Shown here one piece after another: positions 26,628-39,753 of a stretch of DNA of 64,000 bases (its first letter is position 1; each line of letters starts with the position of its first letter). Origin of the DNA: Azolla caroliniana (taxonomy: Eukaryota > Plantae > Polypodiophyta). The notes under the pieces were generated by a model. The model worked only from the letters and a program-made list of their open reading frames with translations, did not search any database and was not told the origin of the DNA. Made by a program: the position numbers and the translations under genes. The stretch spans positions 12,276,001 to 12,340,000 of the forward strand of contig JBHGNT010000018.1 of NCBI GenBank assembly GCA_043228905.1, given 5' to 3'.

Positions 26628-28271
26628 TGTTGGGAAACAGGTCCCTCCGGATGGGAAGGGAAGAACTGATTTGGTGAGTAACTCGGCCGAGGCCAAAACC
26701 GAAATTGAGGACACGAGGGGAACTCGGTCGAGGCTGATAGGCAGAAAACGAAAGTGAAACCGAAATCAAAACCAAAATTGTTTCGGAAGACTATAATTGT
26801 AAATAGTCTAAAATGCCTCTTAGGGGCTATACTTGTAAATAGAAAGAAAGTGCTTTTGTTTATAAGCAACTAGGGCAAACTTTAGTATCCTGTAGTTGAT
26901 CATTATTGTAAAACTTAGAATGAGGTAGTTGAGTGAGAGTGTAACTTTGTAGCCATCTGTCAGACGAAGGAGAACTCGAGGTCGTTGCCCCCGAGTTCCG
27001 TATTTGTACTTCCTCTCTACCATAGTGATCTGTTTTTCTCGGCGTTTGTGGACCCCCGTGTTTTTTTCCCATTTTGGGTTTTCCACCTAAAATATCAATG
27101 TCTTTGTGTCTTCACGTTTATCTGTCTGTGTACTAGTTCTTGGTTTCTGCACACGAATACGAACGTGTAACCAGTTGTGGCCAGTCGATTTCTAACAAAG
27201 TGGTATCAGAGCGATGGAAGACTTGTTCGGTGGCATGTTTAAGCTAATCGGCTCCAACTACTCAGTATGGAAGTCGAAGATGAGAGACATGCTCGTGTGC
27301 AAAGACCTTTAGCTGCCAGAGATGAAAGACTAGACAAGATCAATGCAACGACTTGGGAAGTGTTGCATATGAAGATGGCTGCATATATAAGGTGTTTTAG
27401 AGACATGAGTCTATACAACAACTTCGGCGAAGAAATAGAAGCAGATGTCCTATGGAAGAAGATCGACGTGATGTTTGAAAACAAGAACACCGTGAACCAA
27501 AGTCTCAATATTTTGAAAAATTTCCTTACAAGGATTGATGAACCAAACCACCTCTCTAGAAGTATTAGCAGTGTTGTTGCTGGGATCCCTTCTAGACAGT
27601 TGGGAAATGTTGGTTGTCACGTTGGGCATCGAGGGACCGGAAAGGAAACACCTATCCCTAGTGTAGGTGAAGTCAAGCTTGCTAAAAGAAGAAGCTCGCT
27701 AGAAGGATTGAGAGTCCAATACCGACCAGAATTCCCTACTCAGGAAGAAGCCGAAATCGAAGTCCCCAGAACCGAGATAAGTCGGGAACCAGGTCGAAGT
27801 CGAGGGGGAGACCCATGTGCTTCTACTCTGGGAAGCCGGGGCACTTCCAAAAAAACTGGCAACACTTTCGAAAGGATGGTCTAGAGCCGAAGACAATCCC
27901 GGACAGAAAGAACACCATAGCAATCGTCGCGAGTGAGGATGAGTTGTTGCTCATTAATGAGCAAAACGAAGTGAATCTCGTAGGCGAAGAATCAACATGG
28001 GTGGTCGATTCAGGTGCCTCATTTCACCTAACCCTTGACCAAAAGTGCTTCTCATCCTACAAAGCCGGAGACCTCAGATCTGTAAAGATGGGAAATGAAG
28101 GAGCATGCCGAATTTTCAACATTGGAGATGTGTGTTTGGAAACCTCAACCTGTCAGTAGCAGTACTAAGACAGAGAAGTACTGTCAGGAACATTACTGAG
28201 ACATAGAAGCAATTAGTACTACAAGATGAGGACTAGTACTAAGGGAGGTGTAGAACTCTCGAGAGAAGGAA

Positions 28272-28276
<5 letters not shown>

Positions 28277-28324
<48 letters not shown>
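28277..28324. repeat. (GA)24 microsatellite in G2 3' LTR
   Basis: Direct reading; much shorter in the 5' LTR. Confidence 0.9.
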
Positions 28325-28328
<4 letters not shown>

Positions 28329-28546
28329 TGATAACAAAAGATATATATTATGTTAAGAGAATATACAATAGTAGCTAGGAAGCTTAAGACTAGCGTTGAA
28401 CCGATTTGGTTCGAAATAATGCCTTGTGCCTCCTTTTATAGTGTCTCAGGAGTACTCCTAAAGTTTCTAAAATGTTCCAAAGAAATCTGGAATATACATC
28501 AATTTTCTATAGTAAAACTTAAATGAAAATATCATCCTTCGTATTA

Positions 28547-28612
28547 CAACATACAGTTTAATGATCAAGAGCTCAACTCATGTAACATAAGGTCATGGGT
28601 TCGAGTCTTGCC
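28547..28612 (+). promoter_or_regulatory. tRNA-like Pol III A-box/B-box cassette at U3 end of G2 LTR
   Basis: CAGTTTAATGA at 28554 (TAATGGTAAGAG in the other LTR) and GGTTCGAGTC at 28598, 44 nt apart as for tRNA positions 8 and 52. Confidence 0.55.
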
Positions 28613-28615
28613 ATA

Positions 28616-30530
28616 TTATGACACTATCCCCCTTTTAAAACAACGAGTGTCACGAGTCATTTTGGATTGAGGACCCGGTTTGTCTAGATATTGATGATGG
28701 AAGTCTTCAAGAAGAGCACGAGCATTGGTCATATTCTCTATTGGTTCCCAAGTACACTCGCTGGGGCTATATCCTAGCCAATCTGCTAAACAGTAGAGCT
28801 TGTTGTGAATAATCTTGGAATGAAGGATGGCAGCAACCTCGTACTCAGGTCCATCTTCAAGTTCAATAAGGGTTAGAGGTTGTTTAATATGACCTGGGAT
28901 GGTGCTGTCTTGATAGGGTTGGAGGAGAGAACTATGAAACACCGGATGTATCCGAAGTGGTGGAGGTAGATCGAGACGAAAAGTGACATCATTAATTTTT
29001 CCGATAATACGGAAAGGACCTAATCGCCGATAATCCAACTTCTCGCATGAGTAGTCTTGATGTGTCGTTGAAGTAGCAATACCCGATCTTCAATGTTAAA
29101 ATTGGATGAAAGCCGACGATGATCCGCGTAAACCTTGTGTGTTTGTTGAGCTTGTTGTAGATGAGTAGATAAATCTACTTGTATCTTGCATAACCGCTCC
29201 AAACGATCCTCTGCGCAAGGATTTGTGGGTAACTCTGGGGTTTCAAATACACACCACTGGGGGTGACAGCTCGTATAAGCATAAAATGGTGTAACCTTTG
29301 TCAATGAGTGGACAGAGTTATTATACGCAAATTCGGCGAAGTGGAGAATATCCGCCCAGTTATCTTGATGATAGCTTAGAAAGCATCGAAGATACGGCTC
29401 TAGTGTTTCATTTGTTCTTTCTTCTTGGCCGTCTGTTTGCGTGTTGTTGCTGGAGGAGAGGTTACCAGTGACCTTGAGCATTTTAAAGAGGTGCTTCCAG
29501 AATTTCGAGACGAACTGGGGTCCACGGTCGTTGATGATACTATCGGGAAGGCCATGATGCTGACATACTTCAAGCATGATAGTTTTGGCGGTTTCCTCAC
29601 TAGAGATTTCCTTAGTACATGGTAGAAAATGGGCCATCTTCGTATATCGATCTATTACTATTAAGATCGCATCGAATCCCTTAGAGACCGGAAGATCTAT
29701 GATGAAATCTAGAGCAATGGATTGCCATGGCTTGCTTGGAATTGGTAATCGTTCTAATAAACCGTATGGATGATGCCTTGACATTTTTTCTCTACAACAT
29801 GTATCACAAGTCCGAACAAAATCTTCGACAAATCGTCGCATACAGGGCCACCAGAATGATCGTTGTACTAAATCTAATGTCTTAGAACTACCAAAATGCC
29901 AAGCTGCTGTATATGTGTCATGATAGTGTTGGACTACTCGAAGGAGACAAGAACCATTGGGAACATACAAGAGTTTTTTAAAGAATAGTAATCCAGGATG
30001 ACATTCGAATTGTCAATAGTCCGTACCTGGTTGTTACGATTGTGAACAAGATGCTCGAGAGGGATCCTCACGTATGGTATCGCTAACGTGGGAATCCAAG
30101 GGCATTCCGAAGACCTGTGTTGCTTGCAGTCGTGTTGGTCCTAGGATTACTTGCTTTTGGTTGTCGAAAGCTAACTCGCCAGGACACGGTGCTAGATACG
30201 AGCGCCGTGATAATGCATTTGCCTTCTCTTGTTGCTTCCCCAGACAATATGTAATTTTGAAGTCGAAACGAGTGAGGAATTGGGCCCACCAAGCTTGACG
30301 TCGATTTAACACACGAGCATTCTTAAAGTAGGCAAGGTTTTTGTGATCACTGAATACGTTCACTTGATGAGAAGATCCCTCTAGAAAATGCCTCCATTGC
30401 GTAAAAGAGTCCACTATTGCTAATAGCTCCTTATCATGAATTTCGTAGTTCATTTCCGCGGCGTCAAACTTGTGTGAGTGGAAAGCCACAAGATGAAGCT
30501 TTTCATCATCACCTTGTTGTGACTGAATGC
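28616..30530 (-). pseudogene. pol: G2 RNase H end, integrase and chromodomain
   Basis: NYEIHDKELLAIV; CDTC; PWQSIALDFIIDLP; DRGPQFVS; GPF; chromodomain EYEVAAILHSK...DWLGYSPSECTWEP. Confidence 0.93.
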
Positions 30531-32816
30531 TGAAAACGATTACTTGCGAAAGCGTTAGAAAACAGAGGAAGCAGAGAATACACAGAGTACACGGGAGAGA
30601 CAGAGAGTGCCGAACGTAAAAGCTATATTCAAAACAATAAAAACACTCTCTCAGTTACAACTGTGCTCAGTAGCACAATTTATACAAGTCCTCGTGGGAC
30701 TAACAAAACTACCGCGTACTTCAATGCTCACACGAGTATCTGACACTTACTACGAGACTATAATTGCCTAGTAGCCTAAACTAATATTAGGCTTCCGGTT
30801 ACCGATTGGATCCGACTAACCGGCTCCCCAGCTCACCGCCTCAGTTGCTTGCCGGCTCAGTTGCTCACCGGCTTACCGATCCGTCTCGCTCACCGGTTCA
30901 GGCTTATCTAGCCTATCCGGCTCCAGTTGAGCTTGCCACTCAACACTCCCCCTCAAGCTCAACTTGAGGTTGGATCTTAGTGCCAGCCTCTATGGTAGTC
31001 GGTTCTTCCAACCGACTTCTCCTGGGGTCGCTCCACCTTGCTCGCGCTCCTCGTCTGGTCCGGTTATGTGTGCCGCGACCCCTTTTGTTCTGCGCACCTT
31101 GACCTCCTCGGTCGGCTTGTCTGCTCCATAGGACCAATTCAGCTCCCTTGCTGTTGTGACTTCGGCACGTTCCGGTTCACCGATTCGTTCGTGTTGGCGT
31201 CGACTTTTGCTGCCTTCTCGTCCTCTTGGCCTTGAATTGATCCGGTTCTTCCGAATCTATCTGTTGAACCGAATCGACTGTCTCTGATTCGTTCCAGCTC
31301 TTGTCCGAATTGGTGCTCCCGATTCGTCTTCTGGTTCCAAGCCCTTCACCATATCGGACCATGTCCGGGTCTTGGCCTTCTTCCTTCGGTCGGCTCTGTC
31401 CTTCTTAACTCTACCACTGCTGCCGCTTGTTCCGACTTGTTCGGACGTGTCGACTTCCCTTGTCGACTCGGCTCCTTTCTTCTTCTCGACTCTCCCTTCG
31501 TCGGTTCTTCCCTCACCGGCGCAATCAACAGTCTCTTTGCCTTTGCCTGTTCCGGTTGTCTTTGCCCGTTCTCCCCCTCAAGTGTGGCACATCGAGATGT
31601 TGAACACCAAGCATTTCGGTGAAGTGCTGCAACTTGTCCGAACCGAGTGGTTTGGTGAAGATGTTGGCAACTTGCCAATCCATGTGAACATACCGAAGTT
31701 CGACCTCATCGCTCAGGATACGCTCACGCACGAAGTGATAGTGCACTTCTATGTGCTTTGTGCGAGCATGGAATACGGGGTTCTTGGCAAGATGCATGCT
31801 ACTTATGTTGTCGCAGTAGACCAGAATCGGGGTCAGTACCTTGATCCGTAGGTCTTGCAGTAGTCGCCGAAGCCAAATGGCTTCATAGGTGGCAATGGTA
31901 GCGCCCCGATACTCAGCCTCAGTGCTCGAAAGAGCAACTGTTGGCTGCTTTTTGCTACTCCACACAACAGTCGCGCTACCTAGGGAAAACATGTAACCGG
32001 AGGTTGATCGGCGATCTGATGCATCGCCGGCCCAGTTGGCATTTGTGTAACTGACCAGCTCTTCGGGTATACTGTGCCGGTATAACAGGACCCGGTCCTT
32101 CATGCAGCTTACATTCCGACCGGATAGTTCATGTCGGGTCGCGTGATAGTCAAGTAAATAAGGCTTCCGACAATTTTTCGGAACCGTTTCTCGTTGCAAG
32201 CTGGTCCGGAGTTGGGACAAAGCTTCTAGTTCCGGTCCAAGGGTGTGGAGACAGGTCGGCATTCTGTCATGCCGAAGTTGTACATCATATTCAAGACGCA
32301 ATGTCGTTGTGAGAGCAATATGCCATCGGGGGTTTGGATCACCTCAATCCCAAGAAAATAATGAAGGTCCCCTAGGTCCTTCATCTCAAATGCGTCTGAC
32401 AACTAGGACTTGACGCAGTTGACTTCTGGAAGACCCGGTCCGGTGATGACTAAATCATCAACATACAACAGGATACATATCAGACCGGCTGAGCCTTGCT
32501 AGATGAACAACGAAGAGTCGGACTTGGAGGCCGCAAACCCCATCTTACGCAATTGGTGCATGATCTTCGCATTCCAAGCTCGAGGGACTTGCTTCAGGCC
32601 GTACAACGACTTCTTCAGCCGGCATACCGCCGACTTGTTCATCTCCGATTGAAAACCGGGGGGCAGAGTCATAAAGATTTCTTCTTCAAGATCACCTTGA
32701 TGAAACGCATTCTTCACATCCATCAGGTGAAGATGCCACCCTGTTGTTGCAGCAACCGCTAGCACCACACGAACCGTCGTCATCTTAGCTACCCGTACTG
32801 CGTGACAGGATCCTTC

Positions 32817-33077
32817 TGACGGGAACTCAACGCTCCTTATGCGCAATGCTCGGCCAAAACCGAGCTTAGAATCATACACAGAAAACAGGAATGAATGCAC
32901 TACACATAGAAGAGAAGAGTACACAGGATGTTTACGTGGAAAATCCCAAACTAGGGAAAAAACCACAGCAACCCACAGGCTGCAAACTATCTTAGAATGT
33001 ACAACAATGAGTTAACGGAGACAACGACTTCGTGCTCACGATCTTCGCCACAGGCGGCGGTTACAACAGAGGCAACG

Positions 33078-33114
<37 letters not shown>

Positions 33115-36100
33115 CACCAACAAGAATAACAAACAACAGTTCGTAAAAGTTTGCCCTAAGTCATATTTATACTAATATGACTTTTCGGCTATTTACAAAT
33201 ATAGCCTCGATGGACTCTCAGAAACATATTTACGAATATGTCTCTTCATCCGGTGAGCATTCCTCACCGGGTCTGCACCATCCGGCTCTCCGTAGCCGGG
33301 TACTCCTCATCCGGTTCTCACTGGGTCTGCGCCATCCGGCTCTCCGTAGTCGGGTACTCCTCATCCAGTTTCCCATCCGGAGGGACCTGTCTCCTAACAA
33401 ACTCCCCCTTCACTCCGGCATGGGGTGTATTACTAGTCCGATCCGCTTCCGACATGCATCTTGCTTGTCGGGTATCAACACTTTGGTCAGTATATCTGAC
33501 CCGTTCTCGACCGTGTGGATCTTCGTCAGCGCGAACTCCTGGTCATCTAGTCTTTCCCGGATCCAGTGATACCTTCGCTGGATATGCTTCGTCCGGGAAT
33601 GGTAGGCCGCATTCTTAGCAAGGTGGATGGCACTTTGACTATCGCAATAGAGCCGGTATTTATCTTGTCGGATACCGAGCTCTCGGATGAAGTCCTTCAT
33701 CCATAATATTTCCTTGATACCTTCGCTAGATATGCTTCGTCCGGGAATGGTAGGTCGCATTCTTAGCAAGGTGGATGGCACTTTGACTGTCGCAATAAAG
33801 CTGGTACTCATCTTGCCGGATACCAAGCTCTCCGATGAAGTCCTTCATCCATAATATTTCCTTGCCGGCTTCCACAGCCGCCATGTACTCCGCTTCCGTG
33901 GTTGACAACGCAATCATCTTCTGCAGCCTCGACTGCCATGAAACAGCTCCCCCTGCATATGTCATTACATACCCGGATATAGACCGGCTGGTATCCACAT
34001 CAGCCGACATGTCCGAATCGGTAAAACCGTCAAGTTGAGGTTTTCCGGAGCCGAATCGGAGACACATATGTGAAGTGCCCTTCAAGTACCGGACTATCCA
34101 TTTGACCGGGTTCCAGTGCTCCCTGTCGGGATTGCTCATGAACCGGCTCACCACTCCGACTGCATATCCTATATCCGGTCGAGTACACACCATTGCGTAC
34201 ATTAGGCTCCTAACAACAGAGGCATATGGAATCTTCATCATATCCGCCTTCTCTGCTTTCGTCTTCGGGCTTTGCTTACCAGATAACCTGCATTTTGCCG
34301 GAAGTGTCGATCCGACCGGTTTTGCATCTAATATGTTGAACCAGTGAAGCACCTTTGTCACGTACTTCTCCTGTGACAGCCACAATTGCTTCACTGACCG
34401 GTTCCGGATAATATGCATCCCCAGCATCTGTCTTGCCGAACCCAAGTCTTTCATTGAGAAGGTCTGATTGAGAGCCTTCTTCAGCATCCGTATTTCGACT
34501 TGGTCCCGTCCGACGATCAACATGTCATCCACGTACAGAAGGAGTATCAGGAAGTCACCTCCTTCGAACTTCTTCACAAAGACGCAGTGATCGGCCTGCG
34601 TCTTGTGGTACCCTTGATCGGTCATGAAGGAGTCGAACTTCCGGTACCATTGCTGGGGGGCCTGCTTCAACCCGTAGAGGCTATTCTTCAACCAGCAAAC
34701 CAGGTGCTCCTTCCCTTTCTCCACGAATCCTTCCGGTTGCTGCATGTAGATCTCCTCTTCGAGGTCGCCGTGAAGGAATGTCGTCTTCACGTCTAGCTGC
34801 TCTACCTCGAGGTCCATGCTTGCCGCTATACTCAGCACTGTCCGGATGGAGGTCATCTTTACTACCGGGGCAAATATCTCGTCGAAATCCACGCCCTTCT
34901 TCTGCTGGAACCCCTTCACCACGATCCTGGCTTTGTATCTTGAGGGGTTGCCGGCATCTCCCGGTTTCAACTTGTACACCCACTTATTTCGGAGTGCCCG
35001 CTTTCCATTCTGCAACTCCACCAATTCGTACGTATGGTTCTCATGCAGGGAATCCATCTCATCCTGCATGGCACTTAACCATTTTTGGCTGTGGGTGTCA
35101 TCCTTCGCTTCTTCGAAGCTTTCCGGCTCCCCCTCATCAGTCAACAGCACATGCTCTGCATCCGGAAATCTCCGGGGGGCCCTTCTCTCTCTGAGAGGAT
35201 ATCTCTGTCTTCAGGCTTCGGTAACCGGCTCCTCCATTTGCTCTTCATCCGAATCCGATTTGAGGTCTTGGTTAGTTCCGGTTTCAGCTTCCTCTACTTC
35301 TTCTTCAGCCTGTTCGGTATCCTCACCGTAGCCGGCTGGTCCCTCGAGTGCTAACCGCTCTCTTGCCGGTTGGGTCTGCTCATCATAGAGTCGATCCTTA
35401 CCGGTCGACTCGGAGTTCATTATCTTCTTCTCCGACGCCCAGTCGGCGAGCGTCTTGTCCTCCATGAAGATAATATCTCGACTCCGGAATACCTTCTTGT
35501 CGACCAGGTCCCACACACGATAGCCGAACTCATCGTCACCGTAACCGAGGAATATGCATGGCCGGGTCTTTGGATCTAACTTTGCTCTCCGGTTCTTAGC
35601 TACATGCGCGTACGCGAGACACCCGAACACCTTCAGATGCCGGTAGGATACTTCCTTACCGGTCCATTCTCTCTGTGGCGTGTCTCCGTCCAAGGGTATT
35701 GAGGGTGATCTATTTATCACATATGTCGCCGTCGACAATGCCTCAACCCAAAACTTCTTGGGTAGTTTTGCATGCGCTAGAATACTCCGGACCCTCTCCA
35801 TTATGGTCTGGTTCATCCTCTCGGCCAGTCCGTTTAGTTCCGGCGTCTTCGGCACGGTAAATTCGAGCCGGATTCCCTTCGAGCGGCAGTACTCCTCGAA
35901 CTGCCCCCGGTATTCTCCTCCGTTATCTGCTCGAACCGCCTTCAGCTTCCGTCCGTTTTCTCTTTCCACTCTCGCGTGGAGCTCTTTGAAAAACGGATAG
36001 CACCTGATCCTTCGTCTTCAACGGTGTGGCCCACAGCTTCCGGCTGTGATCATCTATGAACGTCACGAAGTACTGGGCTCCGGCATGTGACTTCGTGTCT

Positions 36101-38303
36101 ACTTGACACGCATTCGTATGCACCAACTCCAGTGGTGCATTACGTCTCATCAGTGGCCTTGGTCGGAAGGAGGTCCGGTTTTGCTTACCGGCCAGACAAT
36201 CAGTGCACTTCTTCAAGTGCACTTTCTTCATTGGAATGAGGTTGTCGTCTGCAAGCCTCTTCATCCCCTTCTCGCTCATATGACACAGTCTCTTGTGCAC
36301 AACTCACCGACAGTGTCGGATGCTAGGTTCACTTCTTCCGGAAATAACCGGGTATTCATCAGGTACAGTGTGTTGACCTTCCGGGCCCGAGCCACAATCA
36401 GGCTCCCTTTGCTGAACTTCATGACACTGTTCCGGATGCTGCCCGTGTAGCCTTCATCATCTAGCCGACCGGCTGATATCAGGTTCAGACGAACCTCCGG
36501 AACGTGTTGGACATCCTTCAGTAGCAACTTGCATCCGATTGGTGTTGATAGCCATACATCTCCTATGCCGACAATTCGGCATGTACCTTCATCCCCCATC
36601 CGGACACAACCGTGATCACCGACTGAGTAGGATGAGAAGCATTTCCGGTCCGGGGTAAGGTGGAACGATGCTCCGGAGTCTACCACCCAGGTCATCTCGT
36701 CGCTGGCAAGGTTTATCTCACTCTCCTCGGTGATGAGCATCAACTCTTCTTCACTTGCCACGATTGCCGTCGTTCCCTTCCGGTCTCGCCCCCTCCAGTC
36801 TTTACCGTTTTGGTCCGGTGTCCGCTTCGAATCGGTATCATTGGTTTCCTTTTCTTTCTGGAAATGCTGACAGTTCTTCTGGAAGTGTCCCGGCTTGCCG
36901 CAATAGAAGCAAGTGGGCCTCCCCCTTGACTTTGACCGTGTCCCCGACTTCTCCCGGTTCTGGGGACTACGGTTTCTATGTCTTCCATGTTCCGATTCGG
37001 TAAGGAGCGCTTTGGAGTCGGAGCTCGTATCTTTATCTTTCCGACGCGCCTCCTCATCTAGCAAGCTCGACTTTACTCTTGCTAGGGATAACCGCTTTCC
37101 TTCCAGCCCGTCGTTGCTCAAAGTGACAACCAACGTCTCCCAGCTATCCGGGAGGGAACCGAGCAGGAGTAGCGCTAGTACCTCATCGGCGAGAGGTATT
37201 TCCAATGAAGTTGCCTGGTGGATCAGCCCCTGGAAGGCATTCATGTGCTCCGCCATGCTAGAGCCATCTTGGTACCGGAGTCTTACTAGCTTCCGGAATA
37301 TCGAAACCTGATTAACATAATTTTTGTTCTGAAACATAATGCCGATCTTCTCCTAGAGCTCATGAGCCTTGCTCTCTTCATTGAAGTTGTTGTATAGACT
37401 CATGTGGATGAAGCACCGTATGTAAGCCGCTGTCTTCATGTGTATCACCTCTCATATCGTTGCATCGATTTTGTCCGGTCTCTTGTCCCCAAACTAAACC
37501 GGCAACCAAAGATCTTTAACCACGAGCATGTCCCTCATCTTCGACTTCCACACCGAATAGTTGGTGCCGGTGAGCTTGAACATGCCTCCCAACGAATAAT
37601 CCATTTTTTGTGTCGTTTCGCTCTGATACCACTTGACGGGAACTCAATGCTCCTTATGGGCAATGCTCGTCCACAACCGAGCTTAGATTCATACATAGAA
37701 AACGGGAATGAATGCACGACACATAGAAGAGAAGAGTACACAAGATGTTTACGTGGAAAATCCCAAACTAGGGAAAAAACCAGGGCAGCCCACAGGCTGC
37801 AAACTATCACTATGTTAGAATGTACAACAATGAGTTAACGGAGGCAACGACCTCGTGCTCACGATCTTCGCCACAGGTAGCGGTTACAATAGAGGCAACA
37901 ACCTCTTTCTCTCTCTCTGTACACCAACAAGAATAACAAACAACAGTTAGTAAAAGTTTGCCCTAAGTCATATTTATACTAATATGACTTTTCAGCTATT
38001 TACAAATATAGCCTCGATGGACTCTCAGAAACATATTTACGAATATGTCTCTTCATCCGGTGAGCATTCCTCACCGGGTCTGCACCATCCGGCCCTCCGT
38101 AGCCGGGTATTCCTCATATGGTTCTCACCGGGTCTGCACCATCCGACTGTCCGTAGTCGGGTACTCCTCATCCAGTTCTCACCGGGTCTGCACCATCCGG
38201 CTCTTCGTAGCCGGGTACTCCTCATCCGGTTTCGGCCTCGGCCGAGTTTGTTCATCGGCACTGTTCTTCTCTCTTCCCATCCGGAGGGACCTGTCTCCCA
38301 ACA
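32817..38303 (-). mobile_element. Copia T3 (Tork-like, close relative of T1), full length
   Basis: LTRs 32817-33399 and 37634-38303; perfect TSD CCTTC; PBS 37620-37631; PPT next to 33399. Confidence 0.96.
33410..37604 (-). pseudogene. pol: T3 gag-pol with stops, frameshifts and a 148 bp duplication in RNase H
   Basis: CFYCGKPGHFQKNC; WVVDSGASFH; 474 aa RT-RH ORF 33726-35150; duplication 33567-33714/33715-33862. Confidence 0.94.
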
Positions 38304-38323
38304 CCTTCTGGCGGGTGGACCGA

Positions 38324-38388
38324 CTTGTTCATCTCCACATCCAGTTCTCACCGAGTCTTCACCATCCGGACGGACTTGTCTCCCAACA
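38324..38388 (-). repeat. 65 bp remnant of a Tork-like LTR 5' end
   Basis: ...CCATCCGGACGGACTTGTCTCCCAACA matches the T1/T3 LTR termini and interrupts B5 coding sequence. Confidence 0.7.
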
Positions 38389-39753
38389 TAACTCACCGTT
38401 ACCCGGTTTAAGGCCTTTCTTGGCCGGTTTGGTCTTCATTGCCAAAGATCCGCCTTTCTCCTTGCCGGAGTCGGATGGACACCGATCCGACTTATCGTCG
38501 CCAGTTTCGAATTCCGGCATCTTTTTCTTCCCTTTTTCTTTGCGCGTGAACCGTCTCCTTGGTTCCTTGCACGGGGAGAGCACGATAGAGTCTCCACTAC
38601 TCGCCGGTTCATCACCGGACATGTCAGATTGACTCAGTCTCTTGTTCGGCCCACTCAACCGAAACGATTTCGGACTCTCATCTTGAGTTCACGCTTTATC
38701 ATCATCTACCTGGGCCGGTTCAGGCTCACTAGCCTCATCCTCCGACATCGGGTCAGATTCGAAAGTCGGACCCGGTAAGGAGTACCACGATGCCGATTAA
38801 TCGAACTCGACATCTCGACTAACTCGGACCTGCTTTGTCTGGGGGTTATAACACTTATAACCCTTTTGCTCTTGAGCATAGCTGATTAAGATGCATTTTT
38901 CCAATTTTGCATCCAGCTTCCTCCGCTTCTTATCCGGTACATGCACATATGCAATGCTACCGAAGATCTTAAGGTGTCTCAAATTCAGCTTGCGCCCGAA
39001 ATACAGCTCGTGAGCTGACACCTTGTCATCGATCTGGTTCTGGATGTAGACAGTCGTTCGGACTGCCTCCACCCAGTAGAATTTGGGCATGCTCTTCTCC
39101 TCCAGCATTGCCCTTGTCGCATCAATAAGCGACCGATTCTTCCTTTTGGCAACACCGTTCTGTTGCGGTGTGTATCTGCAGTTGAACTCTTGCCGAATTC
39201 CGTTTTGCTGCAGATAACTGTTGAATTGGCCGGAAAAGTATTCTTTTCCGCCATCCGACCACAAGCATTTGATCTTCCTCTCTGTTGTTCTCTGACCGGA
39301 CAAGGCCTAACACAAGGTGTCACGGAGACACTTCACTAAAGGGTGATTACGGCATAGGATTATGACTCAACGATTACACCGACCTAAGTAGGTTACACGA
39401 TTAGAGCGCTTTTGTTAATTACACGCGTAAGATATAACAATAAGTACAGAACGGAAATCAACACAGAAGTATAAACACCATACGCTCTATTAATTATCCG
39501 CTCCGATTACAATGGGGTCCGGGCCTTTAAATAGGTTTCCGGCCCGTAGTACAAAACGGTGCCTATCGCACCTATTCGGGATCCGTCCGGATCTGGAACG
39601 GCATACCGTTTCCAGTCCGTCCGTCCATACTATGCTTATTTACAACCATACTTAATTAATTCCTTCACTCCGTATTTTGGACTCCTTGCCGGCCGGTAAC
39701 ACATGGCACGCCCGGGGGACAGTACCTTGTACGTCGAACCCTTCTCGGCCCCT

